64,000 nt of DNA, from contig OZ024743.1 in NCBI GenBank assembly GCA_964016885.1, positions 148,366,001-148,430,000 on the forward strand. Reading direction: 5' to 3'. The stretch comes from Eledone cirrhosa (Eukaryota). Under the pieces are notes generated by a model. The model searched no databases, was not told where the DNA came from, and saw only the letters and a list, made by a program, of their open reading frames with translations. Below are positions 42,592-55,520 of this stretch, piece after piece; within the stretch, counting starts at the first letter, position 1; each line of letters begins with the position of its first letter. The translations under genes were made by a program, and so were the position numbers.

Positions 42592-43330
42592 TTAACGGTA
42601 ATTCACATATTGTGCCAACTTTGCGGGCCAATGGACGCGTCGTCCGCCTCTCGTGACTGGAGATGAAACAGGTGGCTCGCTGGGACAGCAATCTGTTGGA
42701 GTTTCTGGTGTAGAGACTGTAACAGTATCCACGATGGCTTTTTTTAATCTGTCCACGCTGACAGAATTCTGTTTACCATCTAGATCGAGAATAAAATATT
42801 TCGGATATTTTTTTAGAACACGATAAGAGCCATAATATGGAGGTCGAAGATGAGCTGAGATGGTGTCGTTTCGAACGAAAACGTGTGTCCAATCTTTAAT
42901 GTCTGAAGGTACGTGTGTGGCCGTGTTCTGTTGACGGGTGCTTGCAGGAGCAAGGTGAGACACATATTGTCGAAGACCGTGTACGTATGATCCTGGGTCT
43001 GGAACATCCTGAGGAGAGATGGGAGCAACCATCTGACGAGGTAGAACCAGGGTGGTGCCGTACACTAATTCTGCAGGTATGTGTCCGAATTCCTCCTTAA
43101 CGGTGGATCGAATGCTCAGAAGGATGAGTGGTAGGTATTCAAACCAGTGTGTCTTGTCTGGATATACTTTTATTGCAGCTTTCAATTGGTGATGGAATCT
43201 TTCCACGAGACCATTAGCTTGCGGGTGATAAGTTGTCGTGCGGATGTATTTACATCCTAACAGGCGAGTCAGTTCCCTGAAGAGATGGGAGTCAAACTGG
43301 CGTCCTCTGTCCGTTGTTATCTTCGCTGGG
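42592..43330 (-). pseudogene. Gypsy integrase core and C-terminus (frameshifted from the upstream pol)
   Basis: [34 protein letters not shown]-like motif. Confidence 0.9.
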
Positions 43331-45289
43331 GCGCCATAACGTGATACCCAGCGACTGTTTCCGCTGAGGTATCATTTATGGGAAAAGCCTCAGGCCAACG
43401 AGAAAATCGATCTATGCAAGTGAGCATGTGTGTGTAGTTCTGTGATGGTGGTAGAGGTCCGACGATGTCGATATGCACATGATGAAAACGTGCATCAGGT
43501 TGCGCGAATATGCCGAGTGGAGTTTTGATGTGTCTGTGGACTTTGGCTTTCTGGCAGGCAATGCAGCTCCTGGACCAGTCGCACACGACCTTGTTAATGT
43601 TAGTCCACACAAAACGAGCAGAGATGAGTTTCTGTGTAGCCCGGATTCCCGGGTGAGACAAGCAGTGTAAAGCAGAAAAACCTTGTCGACGATGCATCTG
43701 TGGTACGTACGGTCGTTCATGACCGGTAGAAAGGTCGCACCAAATTTGTCCCGGAGAAGAAGGAATGGGAACTTGCTGAAACTTGGGGGATGGCGAATCT
43801 CGGAGTTTGGTAAACTCTTCGTCAGTCTCATTGTCAGCTGCGATCTGTTGAAGGTCGATGCCTGAATGCACATGTATTGCGTTCAGCTGGATTCGGGACA
43901 GGGCGTCGGCTGCCACGTTGTCTGATCTCTTGATATGCCGAATATCAGTTGAATATTGGGAGACAAAATCCAGGTGTCGGAGTTCTCTCGGTGAATGTCG
44001 ATCAGGTTTGGTACGGAACGCATAAACTAATGGTTTATGGTCCGTGAAGATCACGAGATCTGATCCTTCGAGCATGTGCCGAAAAGGCTTAACCGAATGA
44101 TAGGTTGCCAAGAGTTCGCGGCCAAAGGTACTGTATTTCGTTTCTGCCGGTTGCAACCGCTTAGAAAACAAGGATAAGGGTTGCCACACGCCGTCGACAT
44201 GTTGTTGTAGAACGCCTCCAAGCCCCGTGTCTGATGCGTCTTCTAGCAGCGAAAGAGGAGCGCCAGACCTGGGGAAAACGTGCATGGAAGCGTTTGCCAA
44301 CATTTCCTTCAGGCGGCTAAAAGATGTTAATTCTTCCTCGTTTAGGGTGATCACTTCGTTTTTGCGAGTCCCGTTACGAAGAAGGTCCGTGAGGAGTCTG
44401 GCTGCGTCGGAACAATGAGGGATGAACCGCCTATAAAAATTCACCAGACCGAGGAATTCAAGCAGTTTCCGAAGTGATGTACGTGCGGGAAAACTGCGTA
44501 TAACTTCTACTTTCTCGGGAAGTGGACGAATGTCGTCTTTATCGATGATGTGCCCGAGAAAGGACAGTGAAGGAACACCGAGAAGGCTCTTGCTGGGGTT
44601 GATGATGATACCATACTCAGCCAAACGTTGGAAAAGGAAATCTAAGTGCTTCTCGTGTTCATGCTCGGAAGTACTTGCTACCAGCACGTCGTCAATATAC
44701 GCGTATACGAAGGGTAGATCGCGTAACACGGTGTCAATAAACCACTGAAAAGTTTGTGCAGCGTTGCGCAGACCGAACGGCATTCGCAGGAATTCGAATA
44801 AACCGAACGGTGTTGTGATTGCGGTCTTCGGAATGTCTGCAGGCTCCATAGATATCTGGTTATATGCACGCACCAAATCTACCTTGGAAAAGATGCGTGC
44901 GCCTTGCAGAGAGGCAGGAAAATCGTGCAGGTGAGGTACAGGGTAATTATCGGGCACTGTAGTTGTTAAGTGCACGATAATCCCCACATGGTCGCCAATC
45001 ATTCTCGGTTTTCTTTGGAACAAGGTGTAGGGGTTGCAGACCAGTTGCTGGAGGAAGGGCGAATGATTCCGAGGTCCAGCATGTGTTGGAACTCCTGCTT
45101 GGCGATTCTCAATCGGTCTGGAGGCAGTCTCCTTGGTCGGGCAGCTGTGGGTGGTCCCCTTGTCTCGATGTGGTGCGTGACACTATGCTTAATGGGACCA
45201 TCTTTAAATACCGGGCGAGTGATGTCTGGGTATTTCTGGAGAATGCCGTTGTACCGCATAGGCTCTGACTGGCAAATTACAGGGCTCAC
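43317..45289 (-). pseudogene. Gypsy pol: RT, RNase H and integrase N-terminus, with frameshifts
   Basis: [73 protein letters not shown]. Confidence 0.95.
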
Positions 45290-45295
45290 TGTGGA

Positions 45296-45964
45296 TTACG
45301 TGGTAAATATACCTCTCACAGTGAGGTTTGTGGTGGTGTCAATAAGCCTCCGGTTCTTCATATCCACCAGAAGGTTGAAGTGGTGGAGAAAATCGGCTCC
45401 TAGGATCGGGGTCGGCAGGTCTGCCACGACGAAGACCCATTGAAAACGCCGCCTCAGGCCTAAATTGAGGGTCAGGGATTTTTCCCCGAAAGTGGGAATT
45501 GACGATCGGTTAACGGCCTGCAGAAAGGACGGGGTTGGGTGTCTTTTGCCCGAGATTAATGAAACAGGAATAACACTAACCTGGGCTCCTGTATCCACGA
45601 GGTAACGGATACCTGTCGCCTGGTCGTTAATAAAAAATAGACGACTTTTCTTTTCAGTACCAGGGGTGAACGTCGTCGCCAGGCCCTGGGTTGCATTCCG
45701 GAAAGAGCACGGGGCTTTGCACTTAGATGTCTGTGCGCCGAAATTTGTGTGATACCAGCAGAGGTTGCCAGGCACACGATTTTGACTGGGACTACTGGAT
45801 CTTCGACTGTGAAAAGGCCTGGATCGACTGTTGCTGTGTCGCTAGTATGTTTGAAAGGTCAAGTTCTCTACTTGATTCGAGAGGGCTTTAATTTGACCAG
45901 CCTGCTCTCTGAACATAGCCCGCAGTTCTGAAATCTCGGCCTCTGTCGTTTGTGACATGTCCAT
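45296..45964 (-). pseudogene. Truncated gag (CHCC knuckle only) plus aspartic protease
   Basis: ATG at 45964 in frame with CWYHTNFGAQTSKCKAPC and LVDTGA..ILGADF; in-frame TAG at 45844-45842; capsid domain absent. Confidence 0.85.
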
Positions 45965-45989
45965 GTTGATATTTTTTTAGATGCTGTCT

Positions 45990-46021
45990 GGTTGCGCGTT
46001 CGATTCACGTTCAGGTCACCA
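45990..46021 (-). promoter_or_regulatory. Primer-binding site complementary to tRNA-Trp, apparently extended to 32 nt
   Basis: Plus strand ggttgcgcgttcgattcacgttcaggtcacca versus the recalled metazoan tRNA-Trp 3' end GGTTGCGTGTTCAAATCACGTCGGGGTCACCA (26/32); 2 nt from the LTR. Confidence 0.85.
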
Positions 46022-46023
46022 AT

Positions 46024-46550
46024 TGTAGCGACGTGGTTAGTCAGTCTGGTCACTACTTGCGATCAGATCCGAGAATAGCCCTTAGAAGGACTGTTATCGC
46101 ATACGGTCTGATCAGATCTGAAGATAGCCCTTAAAGGGACTGTTGTCGCATATAGCCCTTAAAGGGACTGTTGTCGCATATAGCCCTTAAAGGAACTGTT
46201 GAGGATGGACAGACGAAAGCACAAGTTGAAAGGACGAAGCAAGGCGAGATGCAAATTCGATCAGCTATTTATTTTCACATGAAGCGACGATACGATGTAC
46301 AAGGCGTGTGTGAGTGACTAAGCGTGGTAGAGGCGAGGAACAACGATACGCGAGCTGACTCTGCCAAATGTCGACTGGCGAAGTGTTTGGAACCACTCTA
46401 TTTATACAGAAATAATCGTTTGATGTTTAGCCGATGTGTAGGCGTTTATTCTGGTAGGTTTTAAGGCATCATTTGTTTCACGTTGAGGTAGCTAGTTAAC
46501 AGGTAGATGGCGCTGTATATTTCACAGATGTTATTTCCGGTGGCTGTACA
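46024..46550 (-). repeat. 5' LTR (527 bp)
   Basis: Direct repeat of 41185-41669, with one extra about 28-bp internal unit (tagcccttaaagggactgttgtcgcata) and an 11-bp insertion. Confidence 0.95.
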
Positions 46551-46569
46551 TATACATATATAAGTATGT

Positions 46570-46616
<47 letters not shown>

Positions 46617-46690
46617 TATGTATACATATATATAAGTATGTATACATATATATATATATAAGTATGTATATATATATATATATATATAAG

Positions 46691-46819
<129 letters not shown>

Positions 46820-47205
46820 CCACATGGCTTAGTAGTTAGAGCATTGGCCTTGCAATTGAAAGGTTGTGAGTTCAATTCTCAGACCGGGTGATGTGTTGTT
46901 TCCTTGAGCAAGACACTTTATTTCACATTGCTCCTGTTTACTCAGCTGTAGAAATGAGATTATAGGGACTGGGGTCCATATCATTCCACTGTAGATTGGT
47001 CGTGGAAGTACCACGGCCCACACTGCACCCAGCCCACACTGTAAAGTGGACGTGTAGGCGCCCCGGAAAAAAAAACACCTAGCACTCACTGTAAATGAGG
47101 TTGGTGTTAGGAAGGGCATCCAGCTGTAGAAATCAAGCCAGAATCAGTTCCCGTCCCACCCTTGCAAGCAGGGAAAAGCAGACGTAAAATGAAATGAAAT
47201 GATGA
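46820..47205 (+). mobile_element. CORE-type tRNA SINE with RTE tail
   Basis: Same head, body and tail as 29725. Confidence 0.9.
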
Positions 47206-47230
47206 TATATATATATATAAATATATATAC

Positions 47231-47454
47231 ATATAAATAAACATGAATAATCAGAGGAGATAATTTTTACAAGTTAACCAGAACTTCAAAAATAGATACC
47301 TAATAATATGATTAATCTTCCCAGGGAAGATTAATCATATTTTATGGTATCTATTTTTGAAGTTCTGGTTAACTTTAGTTAGTTACCTACTTAGCTATGC
47401 GTGCTTACACACTTGTAAAAATTATCTCCTGTGATTATTCATGTTTATTTATAT
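47231..47454. repeat. Foldback, centre 47323, between (TA)n tracts
   Basis: Centre 'tgattaatcttccc-a-gggaagattaatca'; the right arm carries about 36 extra nt. Confidence 0.9.
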
Positions 47455-47648
47455 GTTAATCAATTTCTAGTTATTATAAAATGCTCGGACCTATTCGTTA
47501 GAATCTTAGAGATTATTTTGCGGGTGATATGGCTCATGTCTTTCTGGCATGACAGCCATAATTTTGATTATCTTAATTTTGGATATAGATATATATATAT
47601 ATATATAAGTATGTATACATATATATATATATATGTATATAAGTATGT

Positions 47649-47710
<62 letters not shown>

Positions 47711-47828
47711 ATATATATAATAGAAGAAGTTAATATGCCCATGGGTACTAAGTACCCCTAGAAATATATAGGTTGTCTATGATTTAAGGTTGTTCAATGG
47801 TATTAATTTGACATACCAGAACTATAAT

Positions 47829-48098
47829 ATTAAGATAAGCAGAACAAGCAAAATTTAACCAATTTTTTAAAATAAATTTTAAAAAATAAATTAAAAAATA
47901 TAATTTAAATATTTACCTATTCTTTTGGCCCTTACCGATCGGTTTCGCTTTGTAAAACACCAGAAATCCAATGGATTTCCAATGGAAAATCAAAGTTCAT
48001 CAGAGAAGCATTTTCCTTTCCTAGGGCTAATGACCCAGTATATTTTTTAATTTATTTAAAAAAATTGGTTAAATTTTGCTTGTTCTGCTTATCTTAAT
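47829..48098 (-). mobile_element. Penelope-type pLTR with an inverted 50-bp tail copy at its 5' end
   Basis: 47829-47878 is the reverse complement of 48049-48098; the pair encloses a hammerhead. Confidence 0.75.
47929..48008 (-). ncRNA. Type I hammerhead ribozyme
   Basis: Minus strand: TTCT-CTGATGA-ACTTTG..CAAAGC-GAAA-CCGATCGG-TA-AGGG. Confidence 0.8.
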
Positions 48099-48221
48099 GT
48101 ATATATATATATATAAGTATGTATACATATATATATATATACATAAGTATGTAAACATATATATATATACATAAGTATGTATACATATATATACATACAT
48201 AAGTATGTATATACACACATA

Positions 48222-48319
<98 letters not shown>

Positions 48320-48912
48320 TCATGTCAATATGGAAAAGCAAACATCAAATGAAAATCATTATGAGGCATTTACACAATCCAATGTCTACAAAATTATGAG
48401 ATATCCAGATAAATAAATGGGAGCTGAACCTTTCAGATCTTATTATCAATACTTATGTAATAACCTATTTCAATAGTTCAAAATGTTGACCTTTATCTTA
48501 TGAAATAAAATTCCTCATACATTATGAAATCATTCACATATTCTTTTCCTTTCATTTTTGCAATGATAGCAAACTGCAAATTTACTGCAATTAAAATTTA
48601 TGCCTTTGTAACATCTTCGATATGTAACATAAGTAAAACATATTTCTTTAAATATTCATCTAGAAAAGCTATATATATTCACATACACAGATGTATAAAT
48701 ATTCATAATATATATATTATATAATTTATAAATACGTGTGTATCTATGTGCTCATACATGCATACATACATGCATTTATAGTTATTGTGATATAAAATTT
48801 GTTCAATGGTTGCAGTCATAAAAAGAACAGTAATAATAATAGGAAGAACACTCGAAAACTTCTTATATATTTTTCATACATTTCCAAGAAAGGGATCATA
48901 AATGTGTGTGTC

Positions 48913-48960
<48 letters not shown>

Positions 48961-49006
48961 GACACGCACATACATTTATGATTCCTTTGTATGTGTGTGT
49001 ATATAT

Positions 49007-49066
<60 letters not shown>

Positions 49067-49283
49067 TTTATAAAATGAGAAAAATTATTGAAACTTTCAC
49101 AATAACAACATCAACAAGAACAATATTAATGTAATGAAATGAAATGAAATGAAAAATGCATGTGCAATTGATAACCACATATCCAAAAATAGTTCATTAT
49201 TATTATTATTAACAACAATAACAATAATAATGATAATAACAAAGACAATATTAATGTAAAATAAAAGGAGGAATTGTTAATAT

Positions 49284-49434
49284 TTAGGATAATTTCATTA
49301 CTTTTGTTTGATGAAGTAAAAGCAAATTATTGGCATTGAAATAAACAATTGCCATTATGATAATCAAGTGAATATATTGTAGGAAATATTTATTGCCTGG
49401 AATGAGAAAAATCTTCCATTCTGAAGAACTGGTG
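49284..49434 (-). CDS. Putative terminal coding exon of an unidentified host gene (Ser-rich segment plus hydrophobic tail)
   Basis: Acceptor cttattttttTCAG; reads (S)TSSSEWKIFLIPGNKYFLQYIHLIIIMAIVYFNANNLLLLHQTKVMKLS*; phase matches the upstream 30-nt exon. Confidence 0.4.
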
Positions 49435-49650
49435 CTGAAAAAAATAAGTAAAGAAATTTTTTTCAAGAAATATCTTTAAAATAAAAGTCGTATAAATTGT
49501 GTTGATAATGTTATAACCTTTGGCAGTAATTTTCTTATATTTGCAATTTATGGGCTGATTCAATCATGTGCATCTGTATATGCATGCATTAATTTCTCAT
49601 ACAACCCTATGTGCAAATTGCAAACAAACAATTTGTGTTTTTGCATGTAC

Positions 49651-49680
49651 CTTCCTTTATTTGTGTTTTTGGGAATTAAT
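49651..49680 (-). CDS. Putative 30-nt micro-exon (LIPKNTNKG)
   Basis: Branch point ACTAAC about 20 nt before CAG; donor AAG|GTACAT; phase 2-2 keeps the frame into the 49434 exon. Confidence 0.4.
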
Positions 49681-50623
49681 CTGTACGATGGTGTAGAGGT
49701 TAGTGGTTTTGTTATTTAGTCGCATGTGAACCTTGATTAATTTCAATATTGATCACACTATACTGATTAAAGATTCTCTAGACTTGACCATCCCATCTAA
49801 TCTTTTGTTTTCAAGAATAAAATATCTAAGAGTACATTATCCAACATTACTTCTTTTAAAACATGTAGATGTTGTTTTAAAAGAGGTTTACTTGTTCTTT
49901 AGGACTAAATTAAATCCTAATAGTAAAGCAACAGACATGTTTGAAAATAAAATTACAAAGACAGGTACCATAGAGATTAAAGTACTGAGTTCATGGTTCA
50001 TAAGTGGGTTCGACTTATGAACTGGATAACACATTGTATTCTTGGGCAATATGTTTCAATTCCCATTGCATTCCATGTCAAGAAAAATGCCCATAACATT
50101 GAAAAACACAAAATAATCTCATATGGGATAGAAAATCAGCTAAACCTGCCTGGCTGCAAGTTTAAATTTAATTTCTCAGCAGATTTGTTTCAGTCTAATT
50201 ATCCCTTCTCAGCAATGCATTTACTACGAAGTTGGCAAGGCATGTTTAGTGTCAATAGAAGGATAGAATTAGTTAGTTGGAACAATCTTCAGTCTTATAT
50301 TGTGAATAGAAAGTTTCCATAAAAAAACTGTATATCATCTAATTGAGACTCAGTTATGTTTTATAGTAAAAATTACATACTGGTTTTCACATGAAATTTC
50401 ATTGACATTTAAGTCTAATATATATGTATGTGTTTTTTCTCAATTTTTTCCATTCCTTCCTCTTCTCACTTTCTATCTCTCTGTTTCATCTATTATTTCT
50501 CATTCTAAGATTTGATGAAGGACTAGTGTCCAAAACCTTAAGACTCCTATTATTTCAAGCGTTAGATTAATATATTTCTTCATTGTAAGGTGTCATTTAC
50601 TTTATTATTTCTGTTTACTTTTT

Positions 50624-50739
<116 letters not shown>

Positions 50740-50742
50740 ATA

Positions 50743-51813
50743 CAGTGGCGGACTAGGTCTAAAAATATTGGTTGCCAGAAGATAAAGGGTGCCCATCTGC
50801 ATATAGAATGCTATCATTTAATTTTTTATAATGAATAAATAACATTTTTAAAAAATACATAAATGGAAACAAAACAGTGCATTCAAATTTTTGCAAAAGA
50901 AAATATGTATGTTTTACAAATTAAATATACTATACATATTACTGGCAGTATACAGTAATACTAAATGTTAATACAGAATGTTATAATTGAATATCTAAAT
51001 AATTGTGAATGTATAGTGTACTGTTATTTAGAGTAGAGTATGCAAGTGACACTTCTTACCTTCCCCAATAAAAAATATAAACTACCTAGCAAAATATACA
51101 CATTCAATAATTGTTTCTACTTTTGGCACCAGGCCAGCAATTATCCCAGTGCATCACTGGTACTTTATTTTATTGACCCCGTAAGGATGAAAGGCAAAGT
51201 TAACCTCGGCGGGATTTGAACTCAAATGATCTTTGGTCTTTCACACTCACTCAATATATATATCTGGGAGTGTGTGTATGTGTGTAGATGTACATGTGTA
51301 TATATAGATTTATATGTATACATGTTTTCAACTTCTACAAAAATTAATTGATGACTCATTTTTCTTAGGTACTTTAGACTGAAGAACTGACCACTAATTC
51401 ATTTTCGTGTCTTTAACCCATTGATATCAAAAATTATTTGGCCAGTAGCTCATGTGTATGTGTAAATATATACATATATATGCGTGTGTGTGTGTGTGTG
51501 TGTGTGTCCATGTATGCAAGCTATAAATTTAGACAAACAGTGATTCTAACTGTTAGCACTATCATATATCTTGATTTCTATTAATTCCCTAGGGAATTGG
51601 TCGACCAAATGCTTTGTTTATTTGTTTTTTTATTTTTTAGACATTTGTATTCTTTCTCTACAACATTCTTTTAAAGATATGTTTTGAAAGCAAAGTATTG
51701 GCCCCCAACATTATATCAGTGGGGTCCTGCAATGCAATGTTACTGTTCCCCCCCTCCCCCCCTGGAGCCCACTTGCCATTGGGCAACCTGACAACCTGGC
51801 CACTCTGCTACTG
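50743..51813. mobile_element. hAT-like non-autonomous DNA transposon
   Basis: Degenerate TIR CAGTGGCGGA / TCTGCTACTG with subterminal GGTTGCC / GGCAACC; TSD obscured by the adjacent RTE insertion. Confidence 0.5.
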
Positions 51814-52853
51814 TCATCATCATCATCACCATCGTCGTTTAACGTCCCTGTTCCACGCTTGCATGGGTTTGGACGGGGGTTTTCCCACTTGAGGCAAGAG
51901 TGGTTGTCTTGCTCGCATAGGACTGTCTGGCGGGTTTTCTACAGCTGGATGCCCTTCCTAACTCCAACCACATTTACAGTGTGGGCCTGGGAGGTTTTTA
52001 CCGTGTTGTCTACACGGCCACATTACAGCGTGGACTGTCTGGCGTGTTTTCTACAGCTGGATGCCCTTCCTAACACCAACCACATTTACAGTGTGGGACT
52101 GGGAGGTTTTTACCGTGTTGCCTACACGGCCACATTACAGCGTGGACTGTGTGTTTTTTTTTGTCGTGACACCTACACAATCTCGTTTGTTTCGGCCTGG
52201 ATGTTGTGGCACCAACATAACTTTGCATTGAAGGGGGTGGTGTGGATGGGGTGGGACGGGGGTGTATTTTGTTAGAGATGCCTACTGACTAGTAGGTTTT
52301 ACTTTGTATTTAGGTAAGGCGGGTCTTCTCTGTTACTGAGTACCGCCAAAGGTCTCGGTCCAGTGACATTGTCTTGGAGAAGTGTAAGTGTGTGAGGTCG
52401 GAATTTATCAGCTCGTCCCAGGTTTTTCTGGGTCTGCCTACTCCGTGGCTACCATCTATCTTTATTGCCCTGCACTTTGTTATACAGCTGTCGTCTTTCA
52501 TGCGCATCACGTGACCATACCAACGTAGCCTTCTCTCGAGTAAACAACATCTGATCCCTCTTATTTCTAATTTTTTCCTTAGTTCGTTTATGCTTTGCCG
52601 TTCACGTATATTACTATTACACATCCAGCGGAGCATGCAAGCTTCGTTCCTCTCTAGTCTGCGTATATCCTCTGCACACAATACCCAGGTCTCACTGCCA
52701 TGCAACATTGCTGTTCGTATGCAGGCATCATACAACCTGCCTTTCATTTTTAGGGAGAACACTTTAGCGGCTAATAGGGGTATAATCACTCTGAACTTTT
52801 TCCATCCCGTTCTGACTCTAGCTACTGTACTTTCAGAGCACCCTCCCCCTACT
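51814..52853 (-). mobile_element. RTE LINE 3' fragment (same subfamily as 17263) with an about 110-bp tandem duplication in its 3'UTR
   Basis: GGGCSESTVARVRTGWKKF...EKTRLT*; 'ggactgtctggcg..ctacagctggatgccc' at 51920 and 52032. Confidence 0.95.
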
Positions 52854-53084
52854 GTATATATATATATATATGTACTTGCTAAACACACTTCTGTGCTGAG
52901 GTTTCTACTGCACTCCATCTCCAAATGCACAAGTTGATGTCTCATTGGCAGGGAAGTAACACTGTTTCAGTCCCTTCCACTGTGACACCAAGGCTATTCA
53001 GAACTATCAGCTGAGTGACGAAACACCTGCTCAACAACACATAAGTAAGTCTGATGTTGTGACTTCAATCGAGACCTTTCCACA

Positions 53085-53340
53085 CATCTCGATGTGTCAC
53101 TTTTGAGCCAGATGTATTGAAACACATTGTCAGCTGCCTCCAATAATGCTCTCAACTGCGTTTCCTTCTCTTTGCCAGCAGTCCAAGACTTCTAGTTCTG
53201 AAAAATCCTCTGACAACTATCTCTACAGGAAAACATGATGCCTTGCACCAACTAGTTTCAGAGTCCAGCCAACTCACTGTACCTCCTGGCATATTTGTAG
53301 AATACATCACCGATGTTCAAACTCTTGCGCAAAATGAGCT
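53085..53340 (-). pseudogene. Degenerate restriction-like endonuclease C-terminus of an R2-group (Hero/NeSL-like) non-LTR element
   Basis: Frameshifted minus-strand peptides Y..LA..W..SCFPVEIVVRGFF..LGL..RALLEAADNVFQYIWLK resemble the 'PVEVGxRGF...AAE..S.WIW.K' motif. Confidence 0.5.
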
Positions 53341-53754
53341 CAGGTTTGTTGGTAGTAAAAAAGGGGAAAGTTATATTTGCTGGTCAATTGAGACCTAAAT
53401 TCTTTTGCATTCTGGTGTCAGTATCTTTTCTTATGGTAGCACACTTGCAGTATTTGTTTCCTTTAGAGAACCTCATCCTGCACATCACCCCATGTGGTCC
53501 CTTGCCATAAATCATCATCTTTCTGGTTATGCCAATATGTGTATCTGATTTTCAGGCTGATACACACACGCACATATGAATTTTTACATATGCATTTATA
53601 TATACGAATTTTTCTATATGCATTTATATATATATATATATATATGCATTTATTTTTATATATATATAATGGGTGAATTCCTGATGTATATCAAGAAGTG
53701 ACCACAGTTGAAAAAGGTAATCAATACATTAGTAGAGTATAGGAATATTTATTG

Positions 53755-53866
53755 TATTATAGACATGAATTCTACAGGACTAGAACTGTTTAATTTGGAA
53801 GAACTCATCCTGATAATTTCTTATGAATGAAACAGGTCTAGTCCTGTTGAAGTCATTTATATAATA
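53755..53866. repeat. Imperfect foldback with hammerhead-like 3' halves
   Basis: 'acaggactagaactgttt' / 'gaaacaggtctagtcctgt'. Confidence 0.6.
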
Positions 53867-54165
53867 TATATATATACATATATATATGTAGCTCAAGGAG
53901 ACAACAAACAGAGGTACAAAATGTTTTATTAGTTTCATTCTTTTATATGGAAAAGGGGAAAGAAAGTTCTACATGTCTGGGCTTAAGCCTTCAAAATAGA
54001 GATAGGATCACAAAGGGAAAAACAGAAATAAAGGAGATTCAACTAAATAAAAAATAAATAAAAAAGGGTGACGTTCAAACACACACATACGTATATATAT
54101 GTTCATTTACATAACCAAATATTCACATAAATATATTAGGATAAATGTAGTAGTAGTAGTAGTAA

Positions 54166-54201
<36 letters not shown>

Positions 54202-54556
54202 TGGTAGTAGTTATGCTGCTGCTGTTCTGGTCATGGCAGCTATATCTTTCAATAGAACTACTAGTAGTAGAAAGAGCAAGTGCCACACCCACTTATCTAA
54301 ATATAGTATCAATACACATTGAATATTCCCAAGCTCAGATTCCATAATACCAAAAGTGAGAGGGAAAAGCTGACCAATGGCTAACAAGACATTCTAGCAT
54401 TGTAGTAGGAGGGACTGGCTGCTGTATCAGTTGAAATTATCATACATCCAAAGGAATCCATGGAAGCTGGCCACAGATACATCTGTTTGTGTATATGTGT
54501 TAATGCATGTGTGAGGGAGTGACTATATTTTGTGCATGTGTGAAAGAATGTCATGA

Positions 54557-54624
<68 letters not shown>

Positions 54625-54664
54625 ATACTTTGGGAGGGTCAGGCAAAACAAATTCAAAAACGAA

Positions 54665-54696
<32 letters not shown>

Positions 54697-54698
<2 letters not shown>

Positions 54699-55464
54699 TA
54701 GGGAGAGGACAGACTGTATATTTTATCTAATAATTTTTCGAACATGCAATTATATATATAGCTCTGATTAATAATTATTTGCTTAATTAAATTTTTTCAT
54801 TGAGCCACACCGTGAAAGGTAGCCACACTCATATATGTATCTGTGACTATATCTAAATATATGTCTAAATATATACATATAACACTATGAATTTAATATA
54901 TACTCCTGTACGGTAGAGTAACACTTTAGGCAGTATCTGACTGTGCTTTCTAGTAGCCAGCCTACTTGCCACCTGGCCACCAATCACAACCTTTTAATTT
55001 GACCACTGGCCACGTGATGATTCTAAGCCATTTAGAATTCATTTCTGGCGGTGATCACTGTAGAAATTTTAGTCCAAACCTGAGGAGTCTCTTGATAAGT
55101 TCGAAGCCTCATGGATAATACCAGGATCGGATATATCCACAAAGAACGAGCGAAACTGTCAACAGTTGGGACTAGATGAATTTTGGTAAAGTTTATAGGC
55201 ATTTTTTCTTCTAACTTATATTTTAGACTTAGCTCCGTTTAATGGATTATTTGTCTAGTTAATTTCTTCGGGCTAAAAGGAATGACTAGATAAATTTTAT
55301 CTGAATGTTCCTCGCGGAAAATGGTCTGTATGATTTGTCTATTATTTCTTCATAGTTACATTTTAAACTTATAGCCCCGTTTAAATGATTATTTACATGC
55401 TTGATTTCTACAGACTAGGGAGAGGAAAGACTGTATATTTTATCTAATAATTCTTCAAACTTGC

Positions 55465-55468
<4 letters not shown>
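54697..55468 (+). mobile_element. About 715-bp retrozyme-like unit with a 55-bp terminal direct repeat, in (TA)n
   Basis: 'actagggagagga.agactgtatattttatctaataatt' at 54697 and about 55414; central hammerhead; no ORF. Confidence 0.7.
55071..55173 (+). ncRNA. Type I hammerhead ribozyme with 65-nt helix II
   Basis: AGTCC..C-CTGAGGA (55080-55086)-GTCTC..GAGC-GAAA (55152-55155)-CTGTCAACAG-TT-GGGACT. Confidence 0.7.

Positions 55469-55515
<47 letters not shown>

Positions 55516-55520
<5 letters not shown>

Noticed and set aside
49733-50322. Two plus-strand ORFs of 95 and 109 aa
   Set aside because: No recognisable motif or splice structure; probably chance ORFs in intronic sequence.
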